Shown: one piece after another, positions 1-9,742 of the stretch
Layout of the letters: each line of letters begins with the position of its first letter
How positions within the stretch are numbered: position 1 is the first letter of the stretch
Assembly (NCBI GenBank): GCA_910578745.1
Contig: CAJTSN010000004.1
Span: 1 to 45,123, forward strand
Reading direction: 5' to 3'
From: an uncultured Bacilli bacterium
GTDB lineage: Bacteria; Bacillota_I; Bacilli_A; RF39; UBA660
DNA: 45,123 nucleotides
Position numbers and translations under genes: made by a program
The notes under the pieces: generated by a model
What the model was told of the DNA's origin: nothing
Databases searched by the model: none
Seen by the model: the letters and a program-made list of their open reading frames with translations, nothing else

Positions 1-2
1 GG

Positions 3-8
3 TATAAT
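3..8 (+). promoter_or_regulatory. -10 box (TATAAT) of a promoter cut by the window edge
   Basis: TATAAT at 3-8, GGAGGAG Shine-Dalgarno at 15-21, ATG at 29. Confidence 0.4.
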
Positions 9-28
9 GTAAACGGAGGAGTGATAAG

Positions 29-958
29 ATGAAAAAAGAAATTAGTATTTTAATCTTTTCTAGTATATTTGCTATAGGTGTAGTAGGAGGAATCCTTGGA
101 TTTCAATATTACAATAAACAAAAAGAAGAAAATAGAGTTAGTGAAGATAATAAGGCAAATGATGTAGGACAAAATAAAATTGAAAATGATAAGGACGATA
201 AGAAAAATAGTTCAACAAGTAGTGATAAAAATGATAAGAATGATGGTTCAACGGGTAGTAATAAAAACGATAAGACCGATGGTTCAACAGGTAGTAATAA
301 AAACGATAAGAACAATGGTTCAACAAGTAGTGATAAAAATAATGGAACGACAAATAGTGATAAAAATGAAGATAACGAATTCGATGAGCCGCTAACTATA
401 GAAAAGATGATTTCGTTAGCGAATAATGAAAGTTTGAAGTTAAAGAAGGATTATGGAGTAGAAACGGTACTGCAACTTCATAATAGCAATCGTTCTATGG
501 ACTTAGAATTAAAGATTGATAATGGTTCTTTAAAAATTATAGGAGATAGTAAAACATGGAAAGTAACAGATATTGAGGAGAAAGTAATTGCGATAGAAAA
601 TGAATTGGAATATGGCTGTGATATAGGTGTGATCAGTAGTTTATTTTTGACGGAGAAGGGAAATCTATATCGCTTATATCGAGATGAACGAAATAGTACC
701 ATGTATGATAAATTACCAGATGGTTTATCAGATATATCACAAGTAAAAAATCGTTTTTTTGAACAATTAGACACGAGTAAAGAAATTAAAATTGGTTTAG
801 TAAAGTTGAATGGTTCTAAGAAAGTACAAGCCATTAGTACAAAAAAGAGGTGTCAAGAAGGAGCGACCTGTGGAGGATGTAGAGCTGTTGTCTATATGTC
901 AAATGGGGAATATCGATATGTTAATGAGGGACTTACAGAAGAATATGTTGGAGAATAG
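29..958 (+). CDS. Hypothetical membrane-anchored protein with a low-complexity D/K/N/S/G/T repeat linker
   Basis: Good SD. N-terminal hydrophobic helix ISILIFSSIFAIGVVGGILGF. Repeated DKNDGSTGSNKN units, then a non-repetitive C-terminal domain. No family recognised. Confidence 0.6.
   Translation: MKKEISILIFSSIFAIGVVGGILGFQYYNKQKEENRVSEDNKANDVGQNKIENDKDDKKNSSTSSDKNDKNDGSTGSNKNDKTDGSTGSNKNDKNNGSTSSDKNNGTTNSDKNEDNEFDEPLTIEKMISLANNESLKLKKDYGVETVLQLHNSNRSMDLELKIDNGSLKIIGDSKTWKVTDIEEKVIAIENELEYGCDIGVISSLFLTEKGNLYRLYRDERNSTMYDKLPDGLSDISQVKNRFFEQLDTSKEIKIGLVKLNGSKKVQAISTKKRCQEGATCGGCRAVVYMSNGEYRYVNEGLTEEYVGE
197..367 (+). repeat. In-frame 36-nt tandem repeat, about 4.75 copies, encoding DK(N/T)(D/N)GST(G/S)S(N/D)KN
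   Basis: Units start at 197, 233, 269 and 305, with a partial unit at 341. Units 233-268 and 269-304 differ at only a few bases. Confidence 0.85.
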
Positions 959-1011
959 TTTTTCTAGAGGAAGCACAATTTCTGTTTTAAAATAATATGT
1001 TTGTTGGAAGG

Positions 1012-1034
1012 GTTGTTATAAAACAACTTTTTTT
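1012..1034 (+). terminator. Weak intrinsic terminator
   Basis: GTTGTT-ATAA-AACAAC hairpin followed by T7. Confidence 0.45.
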
Positions 1035-1109
1035 CATGTGAAAAGATAGATTTACATGTAATAGTGTGATAAAATAAAGTAGAGCTATAATGATACTGGG
1101 TGGTGAATT

Positions 1110-1895
1110 ATGGGAAAAGTAATAGCAATGGTTAATCAAAAGGGTGGAGTTGGAAAAACAACTTCTTGTATAAATTTAGCGGCATCTTTAGGTGCTTTGA
1201 AGAAAAAAGTTTTATTAGTAGATTTGGATCCACAGGGAAATTCAACAACGGGAGTTGGAATAGGCAAAACAGATTATGAATTAAGTGTATACAACTTAAT
1301 GCGAGGCGACACTACTTTACAAGATACAATCATAAAAACAAAGTTTAAGAATTTGTCAGTGATTCCGGCAACGATTAATTTGGCAGGTATTGATTATGAA
1401 CTTATGGAAATTGCTAAGCATGATCCTAACTTTTTAACAGGTGCTCGTTTAAAAGAACCAATGGTTGAGGCAAGAGAAAAATATGATTACATTATCATTG
1501 ATTGTCCACCATCATTAGGAATTTTAACGAAAAATGCTTTAACGGCAGCCGATTCAGTAATTATTCCTGTTCAATGTGAGTTTTTTGCCTTAGAAGGAAT
1601 TATGCAACTTTTAAGTACAATTATGTTGGCACAAAAAGATTTGAATCCGAATTTGGATATAGAAGGTGTACTCCTTACTATGTTAGATGCAAGGACAAAC
1701 TTAGGATTAGAAGTAGTAGAAGATATTAAGAGTTACTTTAAAGAAAGAGTATATGATACAATTATTCCAAGACTTGTAAAATTATCTGAGTCACCAAGCC
1801 ATGGTAAACCAATCATAGCTTATGATTCAACAAGTCGCGGAACACTTGCTTATCTAAATTTAGCGAAAGAAGTGATTGAAAGAAATGGAAAATAA
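1110..1895 (+). CDS. parA: ParA/Soj chromosome-partitioning ATPase
   Basis: Deviant Walker A MVNQKGGVGKTTSCINLA. Full-length ParA-like sequence directly upstream of parB. Confidence 0.93.
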   Translation: MGKVIAMVNQKGGVGKTTSCINLAASLGALKKKVLLVDLDPQGNSTTGVGIGKTDYELSVYNLMRGDTTLQDTIIKTKFKNLSVIPATINLAGIDYELMEIAKHDPNFLTGARLKEPMVEAREKYDYIIIDCPPSLGILTKNALTAADSVIIPVQCEFFALEGIMQLLSTIMLAQKDLNPNLDIEGVLLTMLDARTNLGLEVVEDIKSYFKERVYDTIIPRLVKLSESPSHGKPIIAYDSTSRGTLAYLNLAKEVIERNGK

Positions 1896-2766
1896 AAAAA
1901 GAGCATTAGGTAGAGGATTAGAACAATTATTTAATACAGAAAATTTAGATTTAGAATCTTTTGAAAAATCAGTTTATGAATCAACACCGAAAGATGAAAT
2001 TCTAGAAATTCCAATTGATGAATTGCGTCCAAACCCATATCAACCTAGAAAAACATTTGATGAAGAAGCTTTAAGAGAATTAGCAGATTCTATCATGGAA
2101 CATGGGGTATTTCAACCAATTATTGTAAAAAGAAGTATCAAAGGATATGAGATTATTGCTGGTGAGAGAAGATTTCGAGCATCTAAAATGGCTGGCAAAA
2201 GTACAATTCCTGCGATTGTTCGCGATTTTAGCGATGAAGAAATGATGGAAATTGCTCTTCTTGAAAATTTACAAAGAGAGGATTTAAATGCAATAGAAGA
2301 GGCAATGGCTTATAAAACTTTACAAGAACGCCTAGGCCTCACTCAGGAGGAATTGGCAAAAAAAGTAGGGAAAAGTAGAAGTCATGTTACAAATATGCTA
2401 GGTCTACTTCGACTTCCTGAAGAAGTAAAAGAACTTGTTACAGAAAATAAACTGACTATGGGACATGCAAGAATGCTAAGTAAATTAGAGGACAATAATC
2501 AGATACGTGAGATGGCAGATAAGATTGTCATGGAAGGATTAAGTGTTCGTGAAGTAGAAACTTTAGGAGAAAATCCAGAAATTGAGAAGAAAAATAAAAT
2601 TGTACGAAGAGAAAAAAGAGAATTTTCTGAATATAAGTACGCAGAGAACTTGTTACGAGATAAGTTAGATACAAAAGTAAAAATTGGTGAGAAAAAAATA
2701 GAAATTACTTTTACAAGCACAGCGGATTTGAATCGAATTTTAGAAGTTTTAGATGTAAAGGAGTAA
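1885..2766 (+). CDS. parB: ParB/Spo0J partition protein
   Basis: N-terminal LGRGLEQLF box, the ParB motif GERRFRA and an HTH (LTQEELAKKVGKSRSHVTN). I prefer ATG 1885 over the TTG at 1876 used by the ORF track. Confidence 0.92.
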   Translation: MENKKRALGRGLEQLFNTENLDLESFEKSVYESTPKDEILEIPIDELRPNPYQPRKTFDEEALRELADSIMEHGVFQPIIVKRSIKGYEIIAGERRFRASKMAGKSTIPAIVRDFSDEEMMEIALLENLQREDLNAIEEAMAYKTLQERLGLTQEELAKKVGKSRSHVTNMLGLLRLPEEVKELVTENKLTMGHARMLSKLEDNNQIREMADKIVMEGLSVREVETLGENPEIEKKNKIVRREKREFSEYKYAENLLRDKLDTKVKIGEKKIEITFTSTADLNRILEVLDVKE

Positions 2767-2769
2767 CTT

Positions 2770-3582
2770 ATGATAGAACAAATACAGGAAATCTATGCTC
2801 CCTTTTTAAAAAAAGAAATTTTAGGACCTATTTTTATTGTGATAGGAGCTTTTTTTCTTTATCAAATTCTAACGAAAATTACAAAAAAAGTATTTCGTTT
2901 AAAGAATGGGATACTCGATGAGAGAAAAAGGAAGACGATTTTAAGTGTTGTGAACAATATTATTAAATATCTTTTAATTCTAGTTTCTATTCTTATGATT
3001 TTAGAAGTTTATGGAATTTCTACAAGTGGAATTTTAACTTCTTTAGGAGTTGCTGGTGTCGTTGGTGGTTTAGCGCTCCAAGATACATTGAAGGACATTT
3101 TATCTGGGATGTACATTATACTCGAAAATCAGTATGCCGTAGGAGATGTTGTTTCGATTGGAGACTTTAAAGGAGAAGTATTGTCTTTAGGACTCCGAAC
3201 AACAAGAATAAAATCGTATACAGGGGAGATAAAGATTATTGCAAATCGAAACATAATGGAGGTCATTAATCATAGCTTAGCTATGTCTCTTGCTATTGTT
3301 AACATTCCTGTTTCTTATAATGAGGACATAGATAAAGTGCAACAGATCCTTGACGAATTATGTAAACGTATGAAAAAAGAGAATTCTTTAATTACAGGAA
3401 ATATTTCTTGTCTTGGAATGACCTCTTTTGATGATTCTAGCATTAATTTTCGAATTACTGCGGAAGTAAAAGCTACGAGGCATCATGAAGTAGAGCGCTT
3501 ATTGCTAAAAGAAGTAAAAAAAATCTTTGATGGCGAAAACATCGAAATACCATATAGTCAGGTGGTGGTTCATCGTGCATGA
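2770..3582 (+). CDS. mscS: MscS-family small-conductance mechanosensitive channel
   Basis: Three N-terminal TM helices, then the MscS beta-domain signature (ENQYAVGDVVSIGDFKGEVLSLGLRTTRIKSYTGE). Confidence 0.85.
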   Translation: MIEQIQEIYAPFLKKEILGPIFIVIGAFFLYQILTKITKKVFRLKNGILDERKRKTILSVVNNIIKYLLILVSILMILEVYGISTSGILTSLGVAGVVGGLALQDTLKDILSGMYIILENQYAVGDVVSIGDFKGEVLSLGLRTTRIKSYTGEIKIIANRNIMEVINHSLAMSLAIVNIPVSYNEDIDKVQQILDELCKRMKKENSLITGNISCLGMTSFDDSSINFRITAEVKATRHHEVERLLLKEVKKIFDGENIEIPYSQVVVHRA

Positions 3583-3757
3583 GTATCGTGTTGGTAGTGT
3601 TGTTATGATGAAAAAGCAACATCCATGTGGGACAAATGAGTGGGAGGTCACACGTGTAGGAGCGGATATTAAGATAAAATGCATCAAATGTAATCGAAGT
3701 GTCATGATTCCACGAATTGAATTTAATAAAAAAGTGAAGAAAATTTTAACCTATTAG
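3575..3757 (+). CDS. DUF951 family small protein (YyzM-like)
   Basis: MKKQHPCGTNEWEVTRVGADIKIKCIKCNRSVMIPRIEF matches the DUF951 pattern. I prefer GTG 3575, preceded by GGTGGTGG, over the upstream ATG 3527 that lies inside mscS. Confidence 0.8.
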   Translation: MHEYRVGSVVMMKKQHPCGTNEWEVTRVGADIKIKCIKCNRSVMIPRIEFNKKVKKILTY

Positions 3758-3766
3758 GAGGTTGTT

Positions 3767-5293
3767 ATGAGGAAGATGAATAAAAAGGATAAAAATTTAA
3801 GAGGACCTGTATCTACTCTTATAGGATTTACTGTCCTTTTGTGTATTTTGAGTTTTATTTTAAACCGAATCGGTTTTCAGGGCTATCAAACCATTATTAG
3901 TAATGGTGTTTTAACAGATACAGTAGTTAAAGTAAAAAATATCGCAAGTGTATCTGGAATCCGATTTATAGCTGGAGATGTTGTCACAAATTTAAAAAAT
4001 TTTGAACCTTTAGCCCTTTTAATTATTTCATTAATTGGTATTGGTATCGTTGAAAAAAGTGGCTTTTTTAATATTCTATTTAAACCACTAAGACGTGTTA
4101 AATTTGGAATTATTATTTATTTCACTATTTTTCTTTCTTTACTTAGCACAGTCTTTGGAGAATATAGTTATGTCTTTTTAATTCCATTTATAGGAGTTTT
4201 GTATAAGGTATTAGATAGAAATCCTCTACTTGGAATTATTATTTCTTATTTATCCTTAACGCTTGGATTTGCAACAGGAATTGTATTAAATTATAATGAT
4301 TATAGTTTAGGGCTTTTAACACAAACAGCAGCAAGGGTAGATGTAGATCCTGACTTTATTTATACACTTACCTCTGCTTTATATATAAAACTTGTTGCTT
4401 TTATTGGCATTTCATTTCTGCTATATGCAACGATTACAAGGTTTTTACTACCAAAATTTCCTTTAAAGGCAAAAGTGGAAGAAATCGAGTATCATGATTC
4501 AAAAAAAGCTTTTCTATGTGCCCTTTTTTCTGGATTTGTTGCAATTCTATTTGTTGTTTATATGATTTTAGATATTCATTTACCTGGCGCAGGAATTTTA
4601 CTTGATAAAAATGAGACATTTTATATAGCAAAATTATTTGGAGAACATGCTCCATTTAAAGAGGGAATTGTTATTATTATCTCTACCATTTTAATGATTT
4701 GTGGCTTCATTTATGGAAAAGTATCTGGAAATATTAAAAATAGTAGTGAATATAGTCTGGGATTATCGAAAGATTTTGAAAATGTGGGTTTACTCTTTGT
4801 TTTATTTTTCTTTACAGCAGAGTTATTTGCCATTTTAGAATGGACGAATATTGGCGTCGTTGTTGCATCAAATTTGATTTCTTTCTTAAGTAAATTACAA
4901 TTTTCAGGAATTTTACTTATTCTTGCTATGTTTGTAGTAATTGTACTTATGAGTATACTTATTCCAAGTACACAAGCAAAGTGGCAAATTGCTTCTCCTG
5001 TGATTGTACCATTGTTTATGCGCGCAAATATTGCTCCCAATTTTACACAATTTGTCTTTCAAGTGGCAGATTCTGTTGGAAAGGTGTTTTCGCCTATCTT
5101 TGTTTATTTTATTATGATGATTGCCTTTTTACAAAAATACAATACAGATGAGAGGAAACAAATTACAATAGGTGGGGTTCTTAAAATTATGTTGCCAACG
5201 ATTCTTCTTATTTCTTTATGTTGGATTTTATTTATATGTTTATGGTTCCTAATCGGTTTTCCAATAGGGACAGGAACTTATATAGCACTTTAG
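3767..5293 (+). CDS. AbgT-family (p-aminobenzoyl-glutamate type) transporter
   Basis: About 508 aa and polytopic. The C-terminal motifs FQVADS, FLQKYNTD and GFPIGTGTY parallel those I recall from E. coli AbgT (FRIADS, FLQRYKPD, GLPIGPGIY). Confidence 0.8.
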   Translation: MRKMNKKDKNLRGPVSTLIGFTVLLCILSFILNRIGFQGYQTIISNGVLTDTVVKVKNIASVSGIRFIAGDVVTNLKNFEPLALLIISLIGIGIVEKSGFFNILFKPLRRVKFGIIIYFTIFLSLLSTVFGEYSYVFLIPFIGVLYKVLDRNPLLGIIISYLSLTLGFATGIVLNYNDYSLGLLTQTAARVDVDPDFIYTLTSALYIKLVAFIGISFLLYATITRFLLPKFPLKAKVEEIEYHDSKKAFLCALFSGFVAILFVVYMILDIHLPGAGILLDKNETFYIAKLFGEHAPFKEGIVIIISTILMICGFIYGKVSGNIKNSSEYSLGLSKDFENVGLLFVLFFFTAELFAILEWTNIGVVVASNLISFLSKLQFSGILLILAMFVVIVLMSILIPSTQAKWQIASPVIVPLFMRANIAPNFTQFVFQVADSVGKVFSPIFVYFIMMIAFLQKYNTDERKQITIGGVLKIMLPTILLISLCWILFICLWFLIGFPIGTGTYIAL

Positions 5294-5301
5294 GTGATGA
5301 A

Positions 5302-5727
5302 ATGATAAATAGAAGTTATTTAAAACAAAAAATAGTAATCATAAGCCTGATTGGATTGCTTTTGATAGTCATTGGGAATTTTTTACCAGTAATAGAAATA
5401 GAACAAAAAACAATTGATTATAATAAATCATTTGCCTTTTTTCGATATGAAGGTAAATATATTCTTCTTTTAGTTCTATTTGCTTTCTTTTTAATTCTTT
5501 TTAAAGAAGCGAAAGCTTCTATCTTACCTATATTTTGTGTTTCCATTTTAATTGGATATTTAATCATGAACAAGGGATCTATTTATACAGAGTGTTCAAG
5601 TTATAAAGAGATGTTTTCTTGGGGATATGGATTTTATATTTTGATCATCGGAAATCTTCTTGCATATGTTGCCCCGATAGGAACCATTTTAAAAGAACAT
5701 GTATCAATAAAAATTACACGTAAGTAG
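5302..5727 (+). CDS. Hypothetical polytopic membrane protein (141 aa)
   Basis: ATG 5302 lies just after the abgT stop. About four hydrophobic helices. The upstream part of track ORF 5218 overlaps abgT and is discounted. Confidence 0.55.
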   Translation: MINRSYLKQKIVIISLIGLLLIVIGNFLPVIEIEQKTIDYNKSFAFFRYEGKYILLLVLFAFFLILFKEAKASILPIFCVSILIGYLIMNKGSIYTECSSYKEMFSWGYGFYILIIGNLLAYVAPIGTILKEHVSIKITRK

Positions 5728-5752
5728 GTAGTATTACTTATCTACTTTTTTA
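5722..5752 (+). terminator. Intrinsic terminator
   Basis: AAGTAG...CTACTT stem with an inner AGT/ACT pairing, followed by a T-run. It overlaps the stop codon. Confidence 0.55.
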
Positions 5753-5777
5753 TTCTATAGCAATAAGGAGGAATTTT

Positions 5778-6878
5778 ATGAGTTTAACAGCAGGAATTGT
5801 AGGTTTGCCTAACGTTGGGAAATCGACATTATTCAATGCCATTACAAAGAAAAATATTTTAGCGGCAAATTATCCATTTGCAACAATAGACCCAAACGTG
5901 GGCGTTGTCGTTGTTCCAGATAAAAGATTGGAATACTTAGAACAGCTTTATATGCCAGAGAGGGTCGTTCCTACTTCTTATGAATTTACAGATATAGCCG
6001 GTTTAGTAAAAGGAGCCTCTTTAGGAGAAGGATTAGGAAATCAATTTCTATCTCACATAAGAGAAGTCGATGCGATTGTAGAAGTAGTTCGTTGTTTTGA
6101 GGATCATAATATTATTCATGTGGAAGGGGAAGTAGACCCTATTCGTGATATTGAAATTATCAATGTGGAATTAATGTTAGCGGATTTAGAAGTAGTGAAT
6201 AACCGTTTAAATAAAATTGGTAAAAAAGCAGCTATGTCTAAAGATAAAGATACAAAATTAGAGGCAGAATTGTTGCAAAGGGTGAAAGAAACACTTGAGA
6301 AGAATATTCCTTTACGAAAAATGGATTTAAGTGAAGAAGAAGAGAAAATGATTCGAAATTTCCATTTTTTAACAAAAAAACCTATTATTTATATGGCCAA
6401 TGTAAGCGAAGAGGATTTATTAACGGGTGGAAATATATATGTAGAAAAGGTTAGAGAGTATGCAGAAAGTGAGGGTTCTTTTGTAGTTTCTGTTTGTGCG
6501 AAAATAGAGTCTGAGTTAAGTGAATTAAACGAGGAAGATAAATTATTATTTTTAAAAGATTTAGGAATTAACGAAAGTGGTCTCGATCAATTGATACATG
6601 CAACTTATGATTTATTAGGCCTTTCTACGTTCTTTACTTCAGGGCATGATGAATGTAGAGCATGGACGTTTAAAAAAGGAATGAAAGCTCCTGCTTGTGC
6701 AGGGATTATCCATTCTGATTTCGAGAGAGGTTTTATTAAAGCAGAAGTAACAAGTTTTACTGATTTAGAAGCATGTGGAAGCGAAAAAGCAGTAAAAGAA
6801 GCAGGAAAGTTACGTTTAGAAGGAAAAGAGTATGTAATGCAAGATGGGGATATATGTCTTTTCCGATTTAATGTCTAG
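5778..6878 (+). CDS. ychF: Redox-regulated ATPase YchF
   Basis: GIVGLPNVGKSTLFNA P-loop, 366 aa, TGS-like C-terminus. Conserved position upstream of rpsF. Confidence 0.95.
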   Translation: MSLTAGIVGLPNVGKSTLFNAITKKNILAANYPFATIDPNVGVVVVPDKRLEYLEQLYMPERVVPTSYEFTDIAGLVKGASLGEGLGNQFLSHIREVDAIVEVVRCFEDHNIIHVEGEVDPIRDIEIINVELMLADLEVVNNRLNKIGKKAAMSKDKDTKLEAELLQRVKETLEKNIPLRKMDLSEEEEKMIRNFHFLTKKPIIYMANVSEEDLLTGGNIYVEKVREYAESEGSFVVSVCAKIESELSELNEEDKLLFLKDLGINESGLDQLIHATYDLLGLSTFFTSGHDECRAWTFKKGMKAPACAGIIHSDFERGFIKAEVTSFTDLEACGSEKAVKEAGKLRLEGKEYVMQDGDICLFRFNV

Positions 6879-6899
6879 CTATAGGATGAAGGGATAAAA

Positions 6900-8399
6900 A
6901 TGGATTTATATACGATACTAAAAAAAGGAGTTGCGATGGAAGAAGTAGAAAAATATGTAGGGCTGTTCAATACTTTAAGTGATCACCAAATTATTCAAAT
7001 GATGCATGATGAAGAAATCGATATGGACTATAAGGAATTCTTTATGAATATGTGTTCAAATCGAATCAGTCGACTTCCGAATCGCCAATGGGTATACCCA
7101 TTAATGTTTCTTTCAAATAAAGAAACATTTAAACAATATTATCTAAATAGAACAAACGAGCTTTCCTATACAGATTTAGTGTTTTTACTTCAAAATATGA
7201 TTGAACCAGAATGTGGATTACTTTTGGTAGAAACGCCCACATTTAAAAAATATATAGAGGTAGAGAAAGAAAATCATGGAACAATTTTACAAAGTTTTTT
7301 ATTCTCTGCGAAAATATATTTATATGAAAATGAAGAGGAAAAGAATCAAAATTTTGAATATTTAAACCAAATAGGTCAAGAAGTGAGTGCATTTTTTGAT
7401 CAGCAAGAAAACTATAGTGAAGATATTGAAGATGTTGTTAATGCATATTTAGGTTTAATGATAGAAAATGTAAGAGATATGGATATACATAGTTCGGTTT
7501 TACAAAAAGGAATGGATATAATAAGAATTTCCCTTAGAAAAAATATTATTTTAAGTCCAAAAATGCTGAAATTCTATATTCTATATATGGCAAAAGAATT
7601 GAATATAGAACCCTTTTTAGAAAATATTTATTTAAGCATGGAAGAAAAGGGAAAAAAATTTGGTGATTATGTAGCTTATGACAAAAAATTAACAATTTAT
7701 TATGATAATGTACTTGCGATTATGAAGCCTATATTTGCTGAGTTGAAAACTCCAAATTTATTCCAGAATTCGATATGTAATCGTATGTATATAGAATTTG
7801 TATTACATGAACTGGGTCATGTAATAGAAAAAAAGGAAATGCTTTCTGTTCTTTATTCTAGGAACGATACTAAGGAGGATGGATTTTTTCATTATTGGAT
7901 GTGCAATGAAGAACTACATTTATTCAGTGAACCATTATATCAAAGAGAACATAATTTATTTATAAATGAAGTAAGAGCCGATTTATTTGCTATGATGCAG
8001 TTTGGAATACAAACCTCGCATTTATTAAAAGGGACATTGAGTGATTTATATTTAGCGAATATAAGTGCACAAAATGCAGGTAGAATTGTTGATTTTTATA
8101 CAGAGAAAACGGAGAAAGGTAGAAAAGTAATTTCTCCTGTTCGTAAATTTATTTCTCTTTATAATAAAAATATGCCTGAGGAGAAGCATATGCAATATAT
8201 TGATTTAAAAGAGGAAGACCTAATGCAGTGTTTAATGTTGGGAATTGATGTTCCAATGGATATTATAAAAGAGATTTATCAAATCGCAACTGGAAAAATT
8301 GTTACTACAAATTTGTATGAAGAAATTACTAAAATTATTGATAGGTATAAAAGAACAAATGCATATCAGAATGAAGAAGAAATTGCCGTGCATAAATGA
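6900..8399 (+). CDS. Hypothetical protein with an HExxH zincin-like motif
   Basis: FVLHELGHVIEKKE, with a candidate third ligand in NEVRAD about 50 aa downstream. Starts 21 nt after ychF. No family recognised. Confidence 0.6.
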   Translation: MDLYTILKKGVAMEEVEKYVGLFNTLSDHQIIQMMHDEEIDMDYKEFFMNMCSNRISRLPNRQWVYPLMFLSNKETFKQYYLNRTNELSYTDLVFLLQNMIEPECGLLLVETPTFKKYIEVEKENHGTILQSFLFSAKIYLYENEEEKNQNFEYLNQIGQEVSAFFDQQENYSEDIEDVVNAYLGLMIENVRDMDIHSSVLQKGMDIIRISLRKNIILSPKMLKFYILYMAKELNIEPFLENIYLSMEEKGKKFGDYVAYDKKLTIYYDNVLAIMKPIFAELKTPNLFQNSICNRMYIEFVLHELGHVIEKKEMLSVLYSRNDTKEDGFFHYWMCNEELHLFSEPLYQREHNLFINEVRADLFAMMQFGIQTSHLLKGTLSDLYLANISAQNAGRIVDFYTEKTEKGRKVISPVRKFISLYNKNMPEEKHMQYIDLKEEDLMQCLMLGIDVPMDIIKEIYQIATGKIVTTNLYEEITKIIDRYKRTNAYQNEEEIAVHK

Positions 8400-8508
8400 G
8401 AATTGTTCTAACTATTTTTAATAATAAGAAGAGAATATGATGTAAATTGTTTTGTTAAAAAAAGAAAATTTTGTTATAAATAAATATTTTCTTTTTTCTT
8501 TGCTCCTA

Positions 8509-8537
8509 TTTACAAAGGAGATATTTTATATTATAAT
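8509..8537 (+). promoter_or_regulatory. Sigma-A type promoter
   Basis: TTTACA (8509-8514), 17-nt spacer, TATAAT (8532-8537). Confidence 0.6.
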
Positions 8538-8561
8538 GTTTCCTCGGAACGGAGGATTTTA

Positions 8562-9734
8562 GTGCGAGATTATAAAAAATGTGGTATAAATCTAGATAAA
8601 GGAAGTCTATCTTGTTTAGTAGATTCTGTGCCCAATGAAGTATTCGTGGAATATCAAAAGATGATCGATTTATTATATAAGTATAACGAATTAGTAAAAA
8701 CATTAAATATTAGTATTGTTGGTGAGAATAGTACTTTGGATGATATAAAAAAGTCGAGAAATACTAGAAATCAATTACTTGTCAAGGAATGTCAATATAT
8801 AGAACAAATTGCTACAAAGGAAAAAAATTTAAAAGAAGCATTACTAGGAGTACAAAAAGAAATTGATCTTATTGACATAAATGATCTAGAGAAAATGAAT
8901 GCTTTATCTACTACTATGTTTCAATTAAAAGAACAATCAAAGAAAATAGTACATGAGAAAGAGATTTTAGAAACGATAAGAACAGAAAAAAAGGAAATGT
9001 CTAAACATTATGATACCCTTTTTTCTAACTTTTGTCTTTATGAAAATAGACTATATGAGATTCAAGGAAAGTTAGAAGAATTAATAAATCGGATGAAAAA
9101 ACAAGCCTTATGCTTAAAAAATATTGAATCACAAATCAAGGAAAGAAATTTAAGAAAAAAAGAGGGACAAATAGAAAAAATATTTAGTAGTATTCATGAT
9201 TCTTCTATTCGAATATTCTATGGTCTTTCTCCTGAAATTAGACAAAGTCTTCTTCAAAAATATTCAGAATTGTTATATTCTTATAGTGAACTTAGACAAA
9301 GTATTTTTATGCAAGCTTTATCTATGGCAGAGGATGTGATAACTAAATATGATAAAAGAACAATAAAATTAGAAAGAATTGGTGAGACCGATCTCTTTAC
9401 ATATGATATAGAAACACAGTTACACGTTGTGGAAAATTATGTAGGGCAACTTCCCCATCTTCCATTAGAAAAACAACGTTTAGAAGCTTTAAAAATTATA
9501 TATAATATGGACCTTATCATGAAACAAAATGCTCTTCAAATGCAGATTATTCATGGAAAAGATTTACAAGGAAGTTTAACAAGTCTACATGAATTAAGTA
9601 ATAGAGAATCCGAATGTAGAAATATTACTCAGTTATATAAAAAAGTAAAGAGTAGACAGGGATTTTCATTTTACACTTTTGGTAGTAAGAAAATAAGTGC
9701 GTTTGCAGAAACCAAAACAAATAAGACATTATAG
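8562..9734 (+). CDS. Hypothetical coiled-coil protein (390 aa)
   Basis: GTG start with a GGAGGA SD. Long heptad-like K/E/L/Q-rich stretches. No nucleotide-binding motif seen. Confidence 0.55.
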   Translation: MRDYKKCGINLDKGSLSCLVDSVPNEVFVEYQKMIDLLYKYNELVKTLNISIVGENSTLDDIKKSRNTRNQLLVKECQYIEQIATKEKNLKEALLGVQKEIDLIDINDLEKMNALSTTMFQLKEQSKKIVHEKEILETIRTEKKEMSKHYDTLFSNFCLYENRLYEIQGKLEELINRMKKQALCLKNIESQIKERNLRKKEGQIEKIFSSIHDSSIRIFYGLSPEIRQSLLQKYSELLYSYSELRQSIFMQALSMAEDVITKYDKRTIKLERIGETDLFTYDIETQLHVVENYVGQLPHLPLEKQRLEALKIIYNMDLIMKQNALQMQIIHGKDLQGSLTSLHELSNRESECRNITQLYKKVKSRQGFSFYTFGSKKISAFAETKTNKTL

Positions 9735-9742
9735 GAAATAAT

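Noticed and set aside
109-395. Three overlapping track ORFs (109-315 minus, 138-353 minus, 180-395 plus) inside the first gene
   Set aside because: They lie entirely within the 36-nt tandem repeat. Repeats keep all frames open, so these are artefacts of the 29-958 CDS.
478-834. The 118-aa antisense ORF. Similar antisense or shadow ORFs are 4711-5040, 11355-11699, 17150-17459, 18410-18643, 19325-19600, 23228-23509, 26306-26551, 30622-30951 and 31017-31331.
   Set aside because: Each is fully embedded opposite, or out of frame with, a confidently identified conserved gene. None has an SD, and their compositions are low-complexity, as is typical of AT-rich shadow frames.
1031-1046. parS-like sequence TTTTTCATGTGAAAAG just upstream of parA
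   Set aside because: It matches only about 12 of 16 positions of the Bacillota parS consensus TGTTTCACGTGAAACA, including a change in the central CACGTG. That is too degenerate to call. No better parS was seen in the window.
8541-8556. A hairpin that would sequester the SD of the 8562 gene (UCCUCG-GAA-CGGAGGA)
   Set aside because: The predicted transcription start from the TTTACA/TATAAT promoter (around 8544) falls inside the 5' arm, so the hairpin is probably not fully present in the mRNA.
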